Origin: an uncultured virus (IMG/VR IMGVR_UViG_3300025679_000006)
Lineage: Duplodnaviria > Heunggongvirae > Uroviricota > Caudoviricetes
Reading direction: 5' to 3' (one strand)
Length of the DNA: 64,000 bases
Virus record (IMG/VR): IMGVR_UViG_3300025679_000006
Part shown: positions 38,587 through 48,721 of the stretch, piece after piece
Layout of the letters: every line of letters starts with the position of its first letter
Numbering within the stretch: the stretch's first letter is position 1
Made by a program: the position numbers and the translations under genes
The notes under the pieces: generated by a model
What the model was told of the DNA's origin: nothing
What the model saw: only the letters and a program-made list of their open reading frames with translations
Database searches by the model: none

Positions 38587-39540
38587 TTACGGTTGTTGGC
38601 TGTACTTTACTGTCACGGTCAACTTGGCCGGAGAACCAGTTACAGCGCCTTCGTTTAAGTTAACCCAGTTTCCTGCCGCAATGGTTGGACTGGTAAGACT
38701 TCCATCATCAGAAGAATTTACGTTGGTGCAAGTGATAGACGTCGTGTCAACGCTGACACAGCTCGAACCATTTGAGTTACAGTTTTGAATATTAATGACC
38801 GCACTGCTGGATCCACCGGGATCCACGATACAGTTGATCGTTTCAATCCGGCTGTTATAAGGCGCTTTCCATAACAACGTATTTGTAGATCCTGCTGGCG
38901 TCACGGTCGTTGAGAAGATCGGCTCTGTGGGGATCCGCTTTAAGATCGCACCGTTGTAATAGACGAATGCCGGATAGGTCGAGTTGTACCACATATCTCC
39001 GGTCGCAGGTGAAACCTTATCTGTCGTCCTCGTTAAATTAAGGAAGAGGTTGGCGCCCGTGTAGTTATACCCACCCGGCGTTGAAAACAAGCCGGTCGGT
39101 GAAATCGTGACGTTGGTGGCGCCACTGTTGCTCGAATCGATCCTGCAGCCGTTGGCCGCATCGCACTGAAAGAGATTAGCGCCAAGATGAAAATTCCCTC
39201 CCACTATATCAAGCCTCGCACCAGACTGCGGTGTGCTCGTTCCAATGCCCACGTTCTGCGTCAGGACAAGCGGGTACAAGTTACCGCCAGAAACTACCCA
39301 TCCACCCCCACCAGCCTTCCAATCGGCCGGGGCGTTGCAAACTTGACCCACACCGGGGTCGCACGTGAACATGACCTTCAACGCTGTGTCCCAGCAAAGA
39401 GCTTGCTGGTTTGCGCCTGTTACCGCCTGACAAGAAGCCGAGCGGTATTGAATCCATGCAAAAAATGTTTGAGCCGGAGCCTTCTGGACTCCACCCAAAA
39501 TCATGAACGCGGTTAATAAAGCTAAGATTTTCTTTTTCAT
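38587..39540 (-). CDS. Fibre-like protein with signal peptide
   Basis: MKKKILALLTAF...APA/Q; NVGIGTSTP...LDIVGG repeat motif. Confidence 0.6.
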   Translation of the reverse strand: MKKKILALLTAFMILGGVQKAPAQTFFAWIQYRSASCQAVTGANQQALCWDTALKVMFTCDPGVGQVCNAPADWKAGGGGWVVSGGNLYPLVLTQNVGIGTSTPQSGARLDIVGGNFHLGANLFQCDAANGCRIDSSNSGATNVTISPTGLFSTPGGYNYTGANLFLNLTRTTDKVSPATGDMWYNSTYPAFVYYNGAILKRIPTEPIFSTTVTPAGSTNTLLWKAPYNSRIETINCIVDPGGSSSAVINIQNCNSNGSSCVSVDTTSITCTNVNSSDDGSLTSPTIAAGNWVNLNEGAVTGSPAKLTVTVKYSQQP

Positions 39541-39549
39541 TGCCCCCTC

Positions 39550-41454
39550 CTAGATATTCGGTTGATACACTCGACAAGATATCGTATGTGATCCGTCAAA
39601 ATAATTAGCAATCTGAGACAACTTGGAGCCGGTCAAAGTAACATTCGTATTGGCCGGGGTGGTAGTATCGCTTTGAAGCGTCTCCCAAGTGGTTGTTATC
39701 CTGTTGTATATCTGCAAAAAGATCGGGGCCTCGGTCGTGGCCTTGTTGCTTTGCCCGATCCAGGTTACAGTGAACGGTATGTTCATTGTATACTGATCTT
39801 TGAATTCGAATACCGCGTGGGTGTTAATCGATGTCAAATTAACTCTGACCCCGTCTAGAAACAAGACCGCAGTGTAGTCGGGCGGAGAAAACGCCGTTGT
39901 CAAATCCGCATCATTCGCGGGCAGTCCATTCACGTCTTGTCTTGTATAATTCCTAGTCGTTCCAAACTGGGCAGAAGAACTGCTCGAGCATGACGAGGAG
40001 CTTCGGCAAGAGCTGGAAGAGCTCGACCGAGAACTGCTCGATGAACTTCGAGAACTGCATGACGAGCTGGACGAACTTCTAGAACTGGACGAGCTGCAAG
40101 AGCTCGAAGAGCAAGAGCTTGAGCTACTCGACCGACAGCTTGAAGAACTGCTCGAACTTTTGGAACTACTTGAGCTCGAAGATCTAGAAGAACAGCTTGA
40201 GCTGCTCGACCGACAGCTCGAAGAACTGCTCGAAGACGACCGGCTGGAAGAGCTCGAACTTACAGACGAGCTGGACGACGACCGGCTACTTGAACAGCTG
40301 GAACTGCTTGAGCATGAAGAACTTGATCGGCTGCTCGAGCACGAACTGGAACTGAATGAGCTGGAGCTAGACGAACAGCTTGAGCTGCTCGACCGACAAG
40401 AGCTAGAAGAACTAGAACTCTTACTCGATGAAGAAGAGCTGCGACAGCTTGAGCTGGAAGAAGAACTCCGGCAAGAAGAGGATGAGCTCGAGAAGGCTTC
40501 ATAGAATACGCCAACAGTCCAAGGATCTGCATATGCGACTTGAACGATGTCGGTAGTAATAGTCCCCGACATGTCCGTGCCCGCACCGCGTAAAGGCGAC
40601 CCCGCGCCGGGTGTGAAGTTCTCGGCCCCCAGAGTTAACCCCGTAAACTTAGCACCACTCGACGTTGAATACGCCATAGACGTAAGCCCGGCTGAACCAG
40701 TGCCGTCGAAAGAAGCGCACGTCACCAGCGTCAAGTTCGTGGTGTCGTATGCAACTCCCGACCCTGCGTTATATGCGTAGCAATTTGTTAGCGCCCCAAC
40801 GTGGTTATTACCGCTAACGACAGCTGCTGTTAAAGCTGCATTTGAATTTATCAAAATACAGTTGACCATTGTCCATGCAGCTGCCAATGAGAATACGGCC
40901 TGACCCCCATTGAAACTCGTTGAGCCTATACAAACGACAATTGAATTTGTCGTAAGCGTATGGGTGGCCGTCGGGATAGCTATCCCAAACTGGGGAGCAT
41001 AGATAATGCACGAATCTATCCGCACGTCGGATGTAGCACTATCAAAGTGCACCTGTATCCCGTGTGCCTCCTCGACGTTATTCGCGGAATATGTATTTAT
41101 AATTTGCAGACCAGTGATCCGCACAAATCCCGTAAGACTACTCCCATCTAATCTTATCGCGCCTCCCGAGGAGTTTGACGCCTCCAGTCGGTAGGCTGCT
41201 GCCTTGTTGCCATAGATACCATTATGCCGGGCCTGAGAAGTCGTATATATTTCTATATAGTGAGTGGCATCTGTTGTATACCCGATAATGTTAGCAAAAG
41301 ATGTGTCCGGCCCACCAGACCAATCTCCGTCAATCTGTATTGACAGATACTTGTCGTTTGTCACCAGGTTCTGTTCATTAGCGGTTAAGGCAGCTGCAAG
41401 GGATGTATAGTCTCCGCCGGATGGTTTTACGGTTTTCAATATTTGTGTCGGCAT
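39550..41454 (-). CDS. Beta-helix-like tail protein with internal ~170-aa poly-Ser linker
   Basis: VKPSGGDYTSLAAA N-terminus, Ser tract, separate C-terminal domain. Confidence 0.75.
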   Translation of the reverse strand: MPTQILKTVKPSGGDYTSLAAALTANEQNLVTNDKYLSIQIDGDWSGGPDTSFANIIGYTTDATHYIEIYTTSQARHNGIYGNKAAAYRLEASNSSGGAIRLDGSSLTGFVRITGLQIINTYSANNVEEAHGIQVHFDSATSDVRIDSCIIYAPQFGIAIPTATHTLTTNSIVVCIGSTSFNGGQAVFSLAAAWTMVNCILINSNAALTAAVVSGNNHVGALTNCYAYNAGSGVAYDTTNLTLVTCASFDGTGSAGLTSMAYSTSSGAKFTGLTLGAENFTPGAGSPLRGAGTDMSGTITTDIVQVAYADPWTVGVFYEAFSSSSSSCRSSSSSSSCRSSSSSSKSSSSSSSCRSSSSSCSSSSSSFSSSSCSSSRSSSSCSSSSSCSSSRSSSSSSVSSSSSSRSSSSSSSSCRSSSSSCSSRSSSSSSSKSSSSSSSCRSSSSSSCSSSSCSSSSSRSSSSSSCSSRSSSSSSRSSSSSSCRSSSSCSSSSSAQFGTTRNYTRQDVNGLPANDADLTTAFSPPDYTAVLFLDGVRVNLTSINTHAVFEFKDQYTMNIPFTVTWIGQSNKATTEAPIFLQIYNRITTTWETLQSDTTTPANTNVTLTGSKLSQIANYFDGSHTISCRVYQPNI

Positions 41455-41463
41455 TTTCTGCTC

Positions 41464-42456
41464 CTAGTCTTTTGCCCACCACTGAGCTAGAATATCATTG
41501 GCCTGATTCATGTCGCCTTTGGCCTCCACAATTTCCCAGTAAGCTTTGATCTGATTATATTCGTCTCCCATGAATCTTTGATCTAAATACTTGTAGTGTG
41601 GCGGAACACCTTTATAACGATACGCCCAGTTATGCTCCCCGTGGATGTGCCGAAACCCTATCGCGTCATACCAGAATCCTTTACCCGGCTGGTGGAACTG
41701 TTCGCACTCCGGATGGTTTGGACACGCCCCCGGCTCCACTATAACAGACTTAAGGCCAAGCTCACGCACAGCCACAGCCAGACGCCCTTCCGTATTTCCA
41801 AACTCCTGGGTCGACTTTTCATACTCGGAAAACGGAACCATGTGGTTGTTCATGTGTTGAGCAATGGCCGGAAAAACTTTACCCTTGACTAAGAACGAAG
41901 CAGTCCCCATCTCGCGCGGGAGCGTAGGCCCGGCGCTCATAATGTCGGCGTCGCCCATTCTATCAATAAGCTTCTGGAACCCCTCCGGCTTCTCGATAAT
42001 ACAGTCCCCGTTGTTACAAAAGACATACTCGAACTGAGACATCAAGCTCGACGCTAACCTCAACTGCCAGATATAAGGATACGACACTCCGCCCCAAGCC
42101 TGATGATGCGGGATAAGAACTGTGTCCATCAGGTCCATGCAATCTTTGGGTGGCATCCAGTAATTCCAATCAATCGGCCCGGCCAACTTGGGGTCGATAA
42201 AATTATCGTAGGCGACGGCTACCCAATAGCCGAGTTGTTGATGTGTCTCCAAAGACCCCTTAAGATACGCCCGGCCATAACTGGACGACGTTAAAAGAAT
42301 CCCCACGTTCTTCTTGATCTTGACTCCCCAAGAATCATTCGACATATAGCAATCAATTACATATTGACGAGTGGCCAATTCAGCCTTCCAGTCTTCGTCC
42401 GACATCTGCAGGTAGCGTCCGCTCCTGATTAAATCTTCACGGGTGACACCCATCAT
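41464..42456 (-). CDS. Putative glycosyltransferase (GT-A-like), paralogue of the next gene
   Basis: ILLTS...YDN...YVFCNNGDCIIEKPEG; GGAGG RBS; inside sugar cassette. Confidence 0.5.
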   Translation of the reverse strand: MMGVTREDLIRSGRYLQMSDEDWKAELATRQYVIDCYMSNDSWGVKIKKNVGILLTSSSYGRAYLKGSLETHQQLGYWVAVAYDNFIDPKLAGPIDWNYWMPPKDCMDLMDTVLIPHHQAWGGVSYPYIWQLRLASSLMSQFEYVFCNNGDCIIEKPEGFQKLIDRMGDADIMSAGPTLPREMGTASFLVKGKVFPAIAQHMNNHMVPFSEYEKSTQEFGNTEGRLAVAVRELGLKSVIVEPGACPNHPECEQFHQPGKGFWYDAIGFRHIHGEHNWAYRYKGVPPHYKYLDQRFMGDEYNQIKAYWEIVEAKGDMNQANDILAQWWAKD

Positions 42457-42469
42457 CCACCTCCGATTG

Positions 42470-43546
42470 TTAAGCCCAAGTTGATCCATCATCTTTAATT
42501 GGTTCAGCACCATAATACTCTAACTCATGGTACACCCGATCTTCACAGCTGTTGCAATTCCTGTCCCACCACATATAAAGCCACCGACGGTCCATCGTGT
42601 CGTAATATTTACACATCATGGAACGCTCGGCGGGATTAAAATAAATCCAGTCGTTAAAATTATCCATGTACTTCGGGTTGAGTAACTCAAGCCGGTTGTT
42701 CGTCCTGTCCTCTTGTTCGGCGTAGAGGTTCCTGAACCCCAGCATAGTCTTCCAAGTTGACGGCGAATGCTTGGTACAATACCAATCAATATCGCCGTTC
42801 TCGAGCCTCGGTTGTTCTGGTGCGAATAATTCCTTGAGTTGCATGGTGTTAACCACGTCCCGAAGCATGCCTTCCGGACTCTGCCCACCGATAACCATCG
42901 GGCTAATTCTGGTAGTCATGTAGTCAATGATCTTATTTAAGACCTCGACTTTGTAAAGAACGCAAGCTGTGTGGATTGTTCCGCCCGGCTGTGACTGGCC
43001 CGAAATGAAATCGCACCCAGACTCCCACAGCATGTCTCGAACTTCTTCCAGTCCTTCTGGGCGTTCGAAGATACAGTCCGCGTTTGTGCAGTAGACATAT
43101 TTGATATTCGGGAAAGCGTTAATAATGGCTAACGCATATTTCACGTTCCAGAACCAACCAATCCTCTTGTCGGCGTCGTACGTCTTGTGCTTCATAACGA
43201 AGCTGTGCGCCAAGAGCGTATGAATTGGCCGGGGCAACTTCGCACAGATAACTTCCCATGCGTCGAGGTTCTCCCAAACATAACTGTAGTTATCATAGGA
43301 CAGAACAACGTATGCTCCAGTATTGCGGTACGATGTAAGCGTAGCCTTCATCCACCCCAAGTGGCCAGCCCAACCCGTGACAATTACCGCCATGTCTTTG
43401 TTGAACGGAGCATCGTTCTGGTTCATAAAGGCGTCTCCCCAAGAATATGGAGAATGGCGCCTGTCGTCTGAGCCTGTGCCGAAGTGGGCAAAATTAAACT
43501 TCTTTTGCCCCGTTAATATTTGATCCAACTCTTTAATTTCATCCAT
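42470..43546 (-). CDS. Putative glycosyltransferase (GT-A-like)
   Basis: VIVTG...YDN...YVYCTNADCIFERPEG; GGAG RBS. Confidence 0.5.
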   Translation of the reverse strand: MDEIKELDQILTGQKKFNFAHFGTGSDDRRHSPYSWGDAFMNQNDAPFNKDMAVIVTGWAGHLGWMKATLTSYRNTGAYVVLSYDNYSYVWENLDAWEVICAKLPRPIHTLLAHSFVMKHKTYDADKRIGWFWNVKYALAIINAFPNIKYVYCTNADCIFERPEGLEEVRDMLWESGCDFISGQSQPGGTIHTACVLYKVEVLNKIIDYMTTRISPMVIGGQSPEGMLRDVVNTMQLKELFAPEQPRLENGDIDWYCTKHSPSTWKTMLGFRNLYAEQEDRTNNRLELLNPKYMDNFNDWIYFNPAERSMMCKYYDTMDRRWLYMWWDRNCNSCEDRVYHELEYYGAEPIKDDGSTWA

Positions 43547-43551
43547 GATTT

Positions 43552-44238
43552 CTACTCCTGAAAGTATGGCCGATGTTTCGGTTTTACTCGGCAAATCGTT
43601 AACCCGACGTCCATGGCTACACCATACGTCAAAGTTAGAGTATCAAACCTAGCATCGGCTTCAAGTTCTTGACGAAGTTTATACACATCCCCGCACGCGT
43701 TATCCGGAGAAAGATACTTCTCACTTGGCGGATATGTGTCGTGGAGAAGGATGTACCCATTATCTATGGTCACGTCCACAGCATTGAAGAAGTCCTTCCT
43801 AGCCTGCTCATAGGTGTGGTCTCCGTCTATGAATGTGAGGGCTAAGAAATCCTGGCCGATATGCTTTTTAAAGAGATCGTCAGAAGGCCCCATAAAAAAA
43901 TAAGACTTGTTGTATTTATGGAGCACATTGCGTTCCTTAAAGTCCAATGCCGATGGATACATATAGCCGGGGATGGACGTTGGATTGATAATCTTATCAT
44001 GGGCGATGTCACAATGATAGATCCGCCGGTCATATTTGCGAGCGACGTGCGAGAGGTAGATCGAACTCTCTCCACATCCGACCTCAGCAATACTCCCTGC
44101 TGGAAGGCAAGACAATACCATGTCCGCCCATATCCCAACTATGCCCATCCTGTGCCACTTGTCTTTTTTGGAATGGAACAAATCAGGGCTTACCCAATCC
44201 GCGATGAAGTCGAACGTATCTTGAGATCCTTTGTGCAT
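43552..44238 (-). CDS. Class I SAM methyltransferase (Methyltransf_24-like)
   Basis: AEVGCGES, FIDGDHTYE, GYILLHD. Confidence 0.85.
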   Translation of the reverse strand: MHKGSQDTFDFIADWVSPDLFHSKKDKWHRMGIVGIWADMVLSCLPAGSIAEVGCGESSIYLSHVARKYDRRIYHCDIAHDKIINPTSIPGYMYPSALDFKERNVLHKYNKSYFFMGPSDDLFKKHIGQDFLALTFIDGDHTYEQARKDFFNAVDVTIDNGYILLHDTYPPSEKYLSPDNACGDVYKLRQELEADARFDTLTLTYGVAMDVGLTICRVKPKHRPYFQE

Positions 44239-44239
44239 A

Positions 44240-45226
44240 TTACCACTCCAACCATTTAGGATTGTTAACGTACCAATCGATTGTTTTCTCCAAACTTGTC
44301 TCAAACGTCTTTGGCGGTTCCCAACCGATAGACTTCATTAACCCGCCGTCAAGGGCATATCGAAGATCGTGTCCGGGCCGAGAAGAGTGGAAGTCCACCA
44401 TCTCGAATTTAAGAACCCTGCCAAGAACTTTGGCGATGAACTGGGCCATCTGAAGATTGTCAACTTCCTTCTCCCCGACAATATGAAAGACTTTCAAAGG
44501 TACGTGCTCTTTCTCCATCAAGAAAGTCAAGGCTGAAGCTACATTCCTGCAGTGGATGTAGAACCTTGAACCGGCCTTTGTCTTTTCCGCATTGCTGTGG
44601 ATTGTGACCCTCTCGCCCTTAAGCACCTTCTTAATAATCATAGGAATGAACTTCTCCGGGTGTTGCCTTTCCCCAAAGCAATTCATCGTCCTTGTAATGA
44701 CGATAGGAAGCTTGTAGGTGTTAGCATACGCAAGAGCTAACTGCTCGCCCCCCGCTTTCGTCGCAGAGTAGGGGTTCGTTGCGTTGTACCTATCCCACTC
44801 TTTGTAAGCTACCCCTTCAGGGGCCGGGCCGAAGACTTCATCCGTTGAGAAGTAAAAGATTTCTTTTACGTTCTTCAGCGTCCTACAGAATTCCAACAGG
44901 TGGAACGTCCCAACCACGTTAGCCATAACGAAGGCTTCCGGGTTTGAGATCGAGTTGTCCACGTGCGTCTCCGCGCCCAAGTGGAGAACGTAATCAACCT
45001 CTCCAAGCTCTTGTGCCACTCCGGGGGATATAGGTCTAGAGAAATCTGCTGCGAAGGTCGTTAACCTTCCGCTCTGGAGGTACCCAAGATCTCTCAAACG
45101 ATTGTACCCGTTCGAGGCGTAGGTTAACTTATCCATGCAGATAATATCCCACTTTGTGGTCTTAAAAATGTGCTCAACGACGTGGTGTCCGATGAACCCA
45201 CATGCTCCGGTAATTAATACTTTCAT
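44240..45226 (-). CDS. rfbB: dTDP-glucose 4,6-dehydratase
   Basis: ITGACGFIG, DKLTYA, HLGAETHVDNSI, STDEVFG, YSATK, RPGHDLRYA. Confidence 0.92.
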   Translation of the reverse strand: MKVLITGACGFIGHHVVEHIFKTTKWDIICMDKLTYASNGYNRLRDLGYLQSGRLTTFAADFSRPISPGVAQELGEVDYVLHLGAETHVDNSISNPEAFVMANVVGTFHLLEFCRTLKNVKEIFYFSTDEVFGPAPEGVAYKEWDRYNATNPYSATKAGGEQLALAYANTYKLPIVITRTMNCFGERQHPEKFIPMIIKKVLKGERVTIHSNAEKTKAGSRFYIHCRNVASALTFLMEKEHVPLKVFHIVGEKEVDNLQMAQFIAKVLGRVLKFEMVDFHSSRPGHDLRYALDGGLMKSIGWEPPKTFETSLEKTIDWYVNNPKWLEW

Positions 45227-45242
45227 AGCACTCCTTTCGTTT

Positions 45243-45848
45243 TTAACCTTCTTTGTCCACGTCCCACCACTTCTTCATACCGACAGTCATGGATGGAAAT
45301 TTAAAATACGTTCCGTACATATACCACTTGTTCAGAATCGGGTTGGTAGATATCTCTTCTTTAATTGAAGGGTGGTTACCCTTGACCATCCAATCAACCT
45401 GGTCTCTGGCGTAAGACCCGCCCTCGATGCAGAGAATAGCGCGGTCAGCGAGCTTAGGATTCCAGAGCTCTAAGATATCGTGAACGACCTTGCCGGTGTT
45501 ACTGATATCGACATGAAGAAACTCAAGCGACTTGTCAGCGTAATTTTCATGGACTTTATAGGCATCGCCCTTCCTAATCTCGACGAACGAGTCAACCTCA
45601 TTATCCTTCATTAATTTTTGAACATCTTCCTGTGACCCATGCTTATAAGGGTAATCCTCGAACAGATCGTAAGCGTGGAAGAAGCTTCTAACGCCATAGA
45701 TTAACGACTCGTCCCTAACGCCCTGCGCAATGTGCAGGGTGCTATATCCGTCCAGCACACCAAGCTCAACGCAATTTACCGGCCTCAAGTTGACCATGTA
45801 ATTGCGAAGCAGCTGTCCAAAACCATTTTCTATATAACTGGATCTCAT
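45243..45848 (-). CDS. Class I SAM methyltransferase
   Basis: VELGVLDGYST, YDLF, FLHVDI. Confidence 0.8.
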   Translation of the reverse strand: MRSSYIENGFGQLLRNYMVNLRPVNCVELGVLDGYSTLHIAQGVRDESLIYGVRSFFHAYDLFEDYPYKHGSQEDVQKLMKDNEVDSFVEIRKGDAYKVHENYADKSLEFLHVDISNTGKVVHDILELWNPKLADRAILCIEGGSYARDQVDWMVKGNHPSIKEEISTNPILNKWYMYGTYFKFPSMTVGMKKWWDVDKEG

Positions 45849-48721
45849 TTTAAAATTACCTCCATCCATTTTTCTGGTCTGAATTCGTTATAAGCGCGGG
45901 CCTTCGCCAAACTACCCATGCGCTGGAGATCAGTAGAAGTCAATCCTTTAACGAATCCCGTCCACTGTTTGTCTGGAGTTAAGAACCCACAACCTTCTTC
46001 TGTCATAGGTTCTAGTTGCATTATTCTATCTTTCGCTCCTCCACTCCACAAGTCGGCCATACAAGGAAGACCAGTAGCCATTGCCTCAAGAATAACCCTC
46101 GGGCCCATGTCTGTGTATCCATATGGAAGTGAATACCAGTACAGGTTCCCAGTTGCTAAGAATTGCGCGATTACTTTAGGGTCTGCTGTTCTTGATGCTT
46201 TCCCGAACCTTGGGACGACGTCCATGAAAGACGGCCCCGGAAGCATGAAGATCGACAGGTCTGAACGGCAATCCAACATCCCTTGAATCTCAGCCTTGCA
46301 ATCGTCAATGGAGAAACGGTCATTAATAAACTTGGTGTCTCCTTGCGAGTTGTGCCGAACAATTCTAACGCCATTGCCATAATCCGGCACAACGGCGAGG
46401 AAGGGCTCGAGAATTGTGCAAGGTGGGAGAACCTTGGTTTTTCCTTGAGCTGCCGGATAGACCTTTAAAAGTTCCTGCTCCTGCATTGAGCACAAGAAAA
46501 GATATTGATCCCAGCCTTGAGTCCAAGGCAATTTACCGACCTCGCCCCGGCGGTAGTTGAGCATCATAATTTTCTTCTCAGCGTTAACCTCGGAGAAGAT
46601 TTCGGCAACAGCGTCGGTCTTGAACTCCCAGACAAAGTCGTCCGCATAGACAAGCATAACGTCGCAGGCTTCTTTAATAGCGCCATACCCTAGGGCCACG
46701 TCAACACCCTTGAGCTCGCCTGCAAGTGCTGCCTTAAACTCTGTTGAACCCACCGCATTTCTAAACGGAATAAACTGGACACGATGCCCGGCGTCCAAAA
46801 GGAACTTCATGATTGTGGTAACTGAACGAGCGCAACCGCCCCACCCTTTCGCAGTGGAGACGATCTTAATGAACTTGACCCCTCTTGGAGTTTCAGTCAT
46901 ATACCCTGACGTTAAAATTGGGGCCTTAGTCTCGTTCAATACAGCCACTTGCTCTCCCTGATTCTCAGGAATGTGCACCATCTCTTTTCCCTTCTTCTCA
47001 TCCTTAGCTTCAATACCTTTACGGATCCAAAGATGACAACGATGTCCACCTCTGAAGGGCCCTTCAAAGTCTGGCACAAGAAACTGAGCCTGATACTTCC
47101 TTGCCCATTCCCGACCAGCGTCATGGACGATAACGAAGTTGGCAAACATAGAGGCCACCTCGGTGGAGACGTCCCTTGCTAAGTCTCCCGCCGGGCCGTC
47201 TACGAAAGCTAGACCGTATATTACCCTTTGCTTCTTGGTGTCCTCCATTACAAACTTTCTACCGTCCCAAAGCTGAATATCACACTTGGGCATAATCTCT
47301 TTAATTTTATTAATCCACCCGTCTTTAGTTTCAAAGGTGGTGGTTTTCACGCCTAGATCGTTAAAAAGCAACGTAGACAATCCGGCCCCGAACTCTAAGA
47401 CGCTCTTGATTTTATATTTCAAAATTGTCCCGGAGATAAAAGCCCAGTCGCGATCGGTAAGAGATCCTCCACCGAACGCGAGTCCGTGAGTGTTGACCGG
47501 CGAGATTTCTGGAATCAAAGCTGGTTCTGTGCTCACGACCGGCTTAGGAGGAGTCGGCACGATATTCTTGAAACGTTTAGGCTTGGCGGAAAAAACTCCG
47601 CGAGTTAACCGGCCACCTTTATAATAACCTTTAATAGCGCGAGTAATGTCCTCGGACTCAATAATATCGGCACACTTGGGAATCTTCTTCTCCGCTGTAT
47701 CTTCGCGGATAACCAAGTTGGTGCAAGCGTCAATAGAACAGTGCCAGCAGGCCGTAACCGCGCAAGGCAACATACCGTCGTTGCTCAGGTAGGCGTGTCC
47801 CGCATAACGTGTAAAGCTGACTGGTTCTCTGGCCCCTGCAATAACAACACACGGCTTGTTAAGGCCACCCATAAGGTGCATATGGAAACTGACCAATCCG
47901 ATCGAACCTTCGGAATTAAGGAAGAGTTTGAAGAGGTCTCGAATGCCATTATCTCTACTTTGGGTTTTGCCGACGTAGTCGATAACATGTGGTCCTTTCA
48001 GGCGCGGGGCGTTGTCTTCGGCCGTACCAATCTGGACAAACGTGATATCCGGATTCTGGTCAACAACCTCTTGCCACTTATTGTGTGGGTACATTTTACA
48101 ACCCCATCCCTTTTCGCCGGTGGTGGAAATAATCCAATAAGGTCTGTCAATAACTGGAGGAGCATCCCACTCTTCTTGAGTGAAATAGACATCCGGACGT
48201 GAATCGCCTTGAGGGATTGTAACGCCCAGCTTCTCTTCCATCGACATGCGAAAAGCATTAGTCATATGCCAGTCAAGACTGTTGCTCTTGTTGGTTAATT
48301 TGCTGGGCCCAATCTCGACTGTATTCTCTGGAGTAGCTAGAAGAGTCCTGTCGAGGTTCGGATTGTGGTCGAAAATGTGCATGGCCGTTGCCACCACATT
48401 AACCCGAACGTCCGGGAACGCCTTTTTGAAATCTCGCACACCGCAAGTGAAAGTAAGCATATCCCCAATTCTTTGACGATTCTTAAACACCACCTCTTTG
48501 GGCAAGACGTGGACTTTTCCGTTCCCTCCGGAGATTCCAAGTTCTGTCTGTGCGACGTGTAAAAGCTCCCGCATCTCCTCCTTGTTTTCAGTCTCCCCAT
48601 GCACGTGCGTAGTCCCGTCCATGATCGACCTAGTTACTAACAAATGCGTATGGTGCGCCATGTTCTTGTCGCCCCACTCCTTCATTTCTCTTTTGCAGAT
48701 TGGACAGTTATCGTAACTCAT
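45845..48721 (-). CDS. Multidomain glycosyltransferase: GT9-like + methyltransferase + GT4-like
   Basis: RIGDML, KMYP..KWQ, SFHMHL...KP; LEFGAGLST, FVDGP, VHD; GGCARS, GPRVILEAMATGLP. Confidence 0.8.
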   Translation of the reverse strand: MSYDNCPICKREMKEWGDKNMAHHTHLLVTRSIMDGTTHVHGETENKEEMRELLHVAQTELGISGGNGKVHVLPKEVVFKNRQRIGDMLTFTCGVRDFKKAFPDVRVNVVATAMHIFDHNPNLDRTLLATPENTVEIGPSKLTNKSNSLDWHMTNAFRMSMEEKLGVTIPQGDSRPDVYFTQEEWDAPPVIDRPYWIISTTGEKGWGCKMYPHNKWQEVVDQNPDITFVQIGTAEDNAPRLKGPHVIDYVGKTQSRDNGIRDLFKLFLNSEGSIGLVSFHMHLMGGLNKPCVVIAGAREPVSFTRYAGHAYLSNDGMLPCAVTACWHCSIDACTNLVIREDTAEKKIPKCADIIESEDITRAIKGYYKGGRLTRGVFSAKPKRFKNIVPTPPKPVVSTEPALIPEISPVNTHGLAFGGGSLTDRDWAFISGTILKYKIKSVLEFGAGLSTLLFNDLGVKTTTFETKDGWINKIKEIMPKCDIQLWDGRKFVMEDTKKQRVIYGLAFVDGPAGDLARDVSTEVASMFANFVIVHDAGREWARKYQAQFLVPDFEGPFRGGHRCHLWIRKGIEAKDEKKGKEMVHIPENQGEQVAVLNETKAPILTSGYMTETPRGVKFIKIVSTAKGWGGCARSVTTIMKFLLDAGHRVQFIPFRNAVGSTEFKAALAGELKGVDVALGYGAIKEACDVMLVYADDFVWEFKTDAVAEIFSEVNAEKKIMMLNYRRGEVGKLPWTQGWDQYLFLCSMQEQELLKVYPAAQGKTKVLPPCTILEPFLAVVPDYGNGVRIVRHNSQGDTKFINDRFSIDDCKAEIQGMLDCRSDLSIFMLPGPSFMDVVPRFGKASRTADPKVIAQFLATGNLYWYSLPYGYTDMGPRVILEAMATGLPCMADLWSGGAKDRIMQLEPMTEEGCGFLTPDKQWTGFVKGLTSTDLQRMGSLAKARAYNEFRPEKWMEVILK

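Noticed and set aside
32610..40490. Ser tracts as assembly artefact, microsatellite or CRISPR-like array
   Set aside because: Codons are heterogeneous, there is no fixed repeat-spacer period, and frames stay open into sensible flanking domains.
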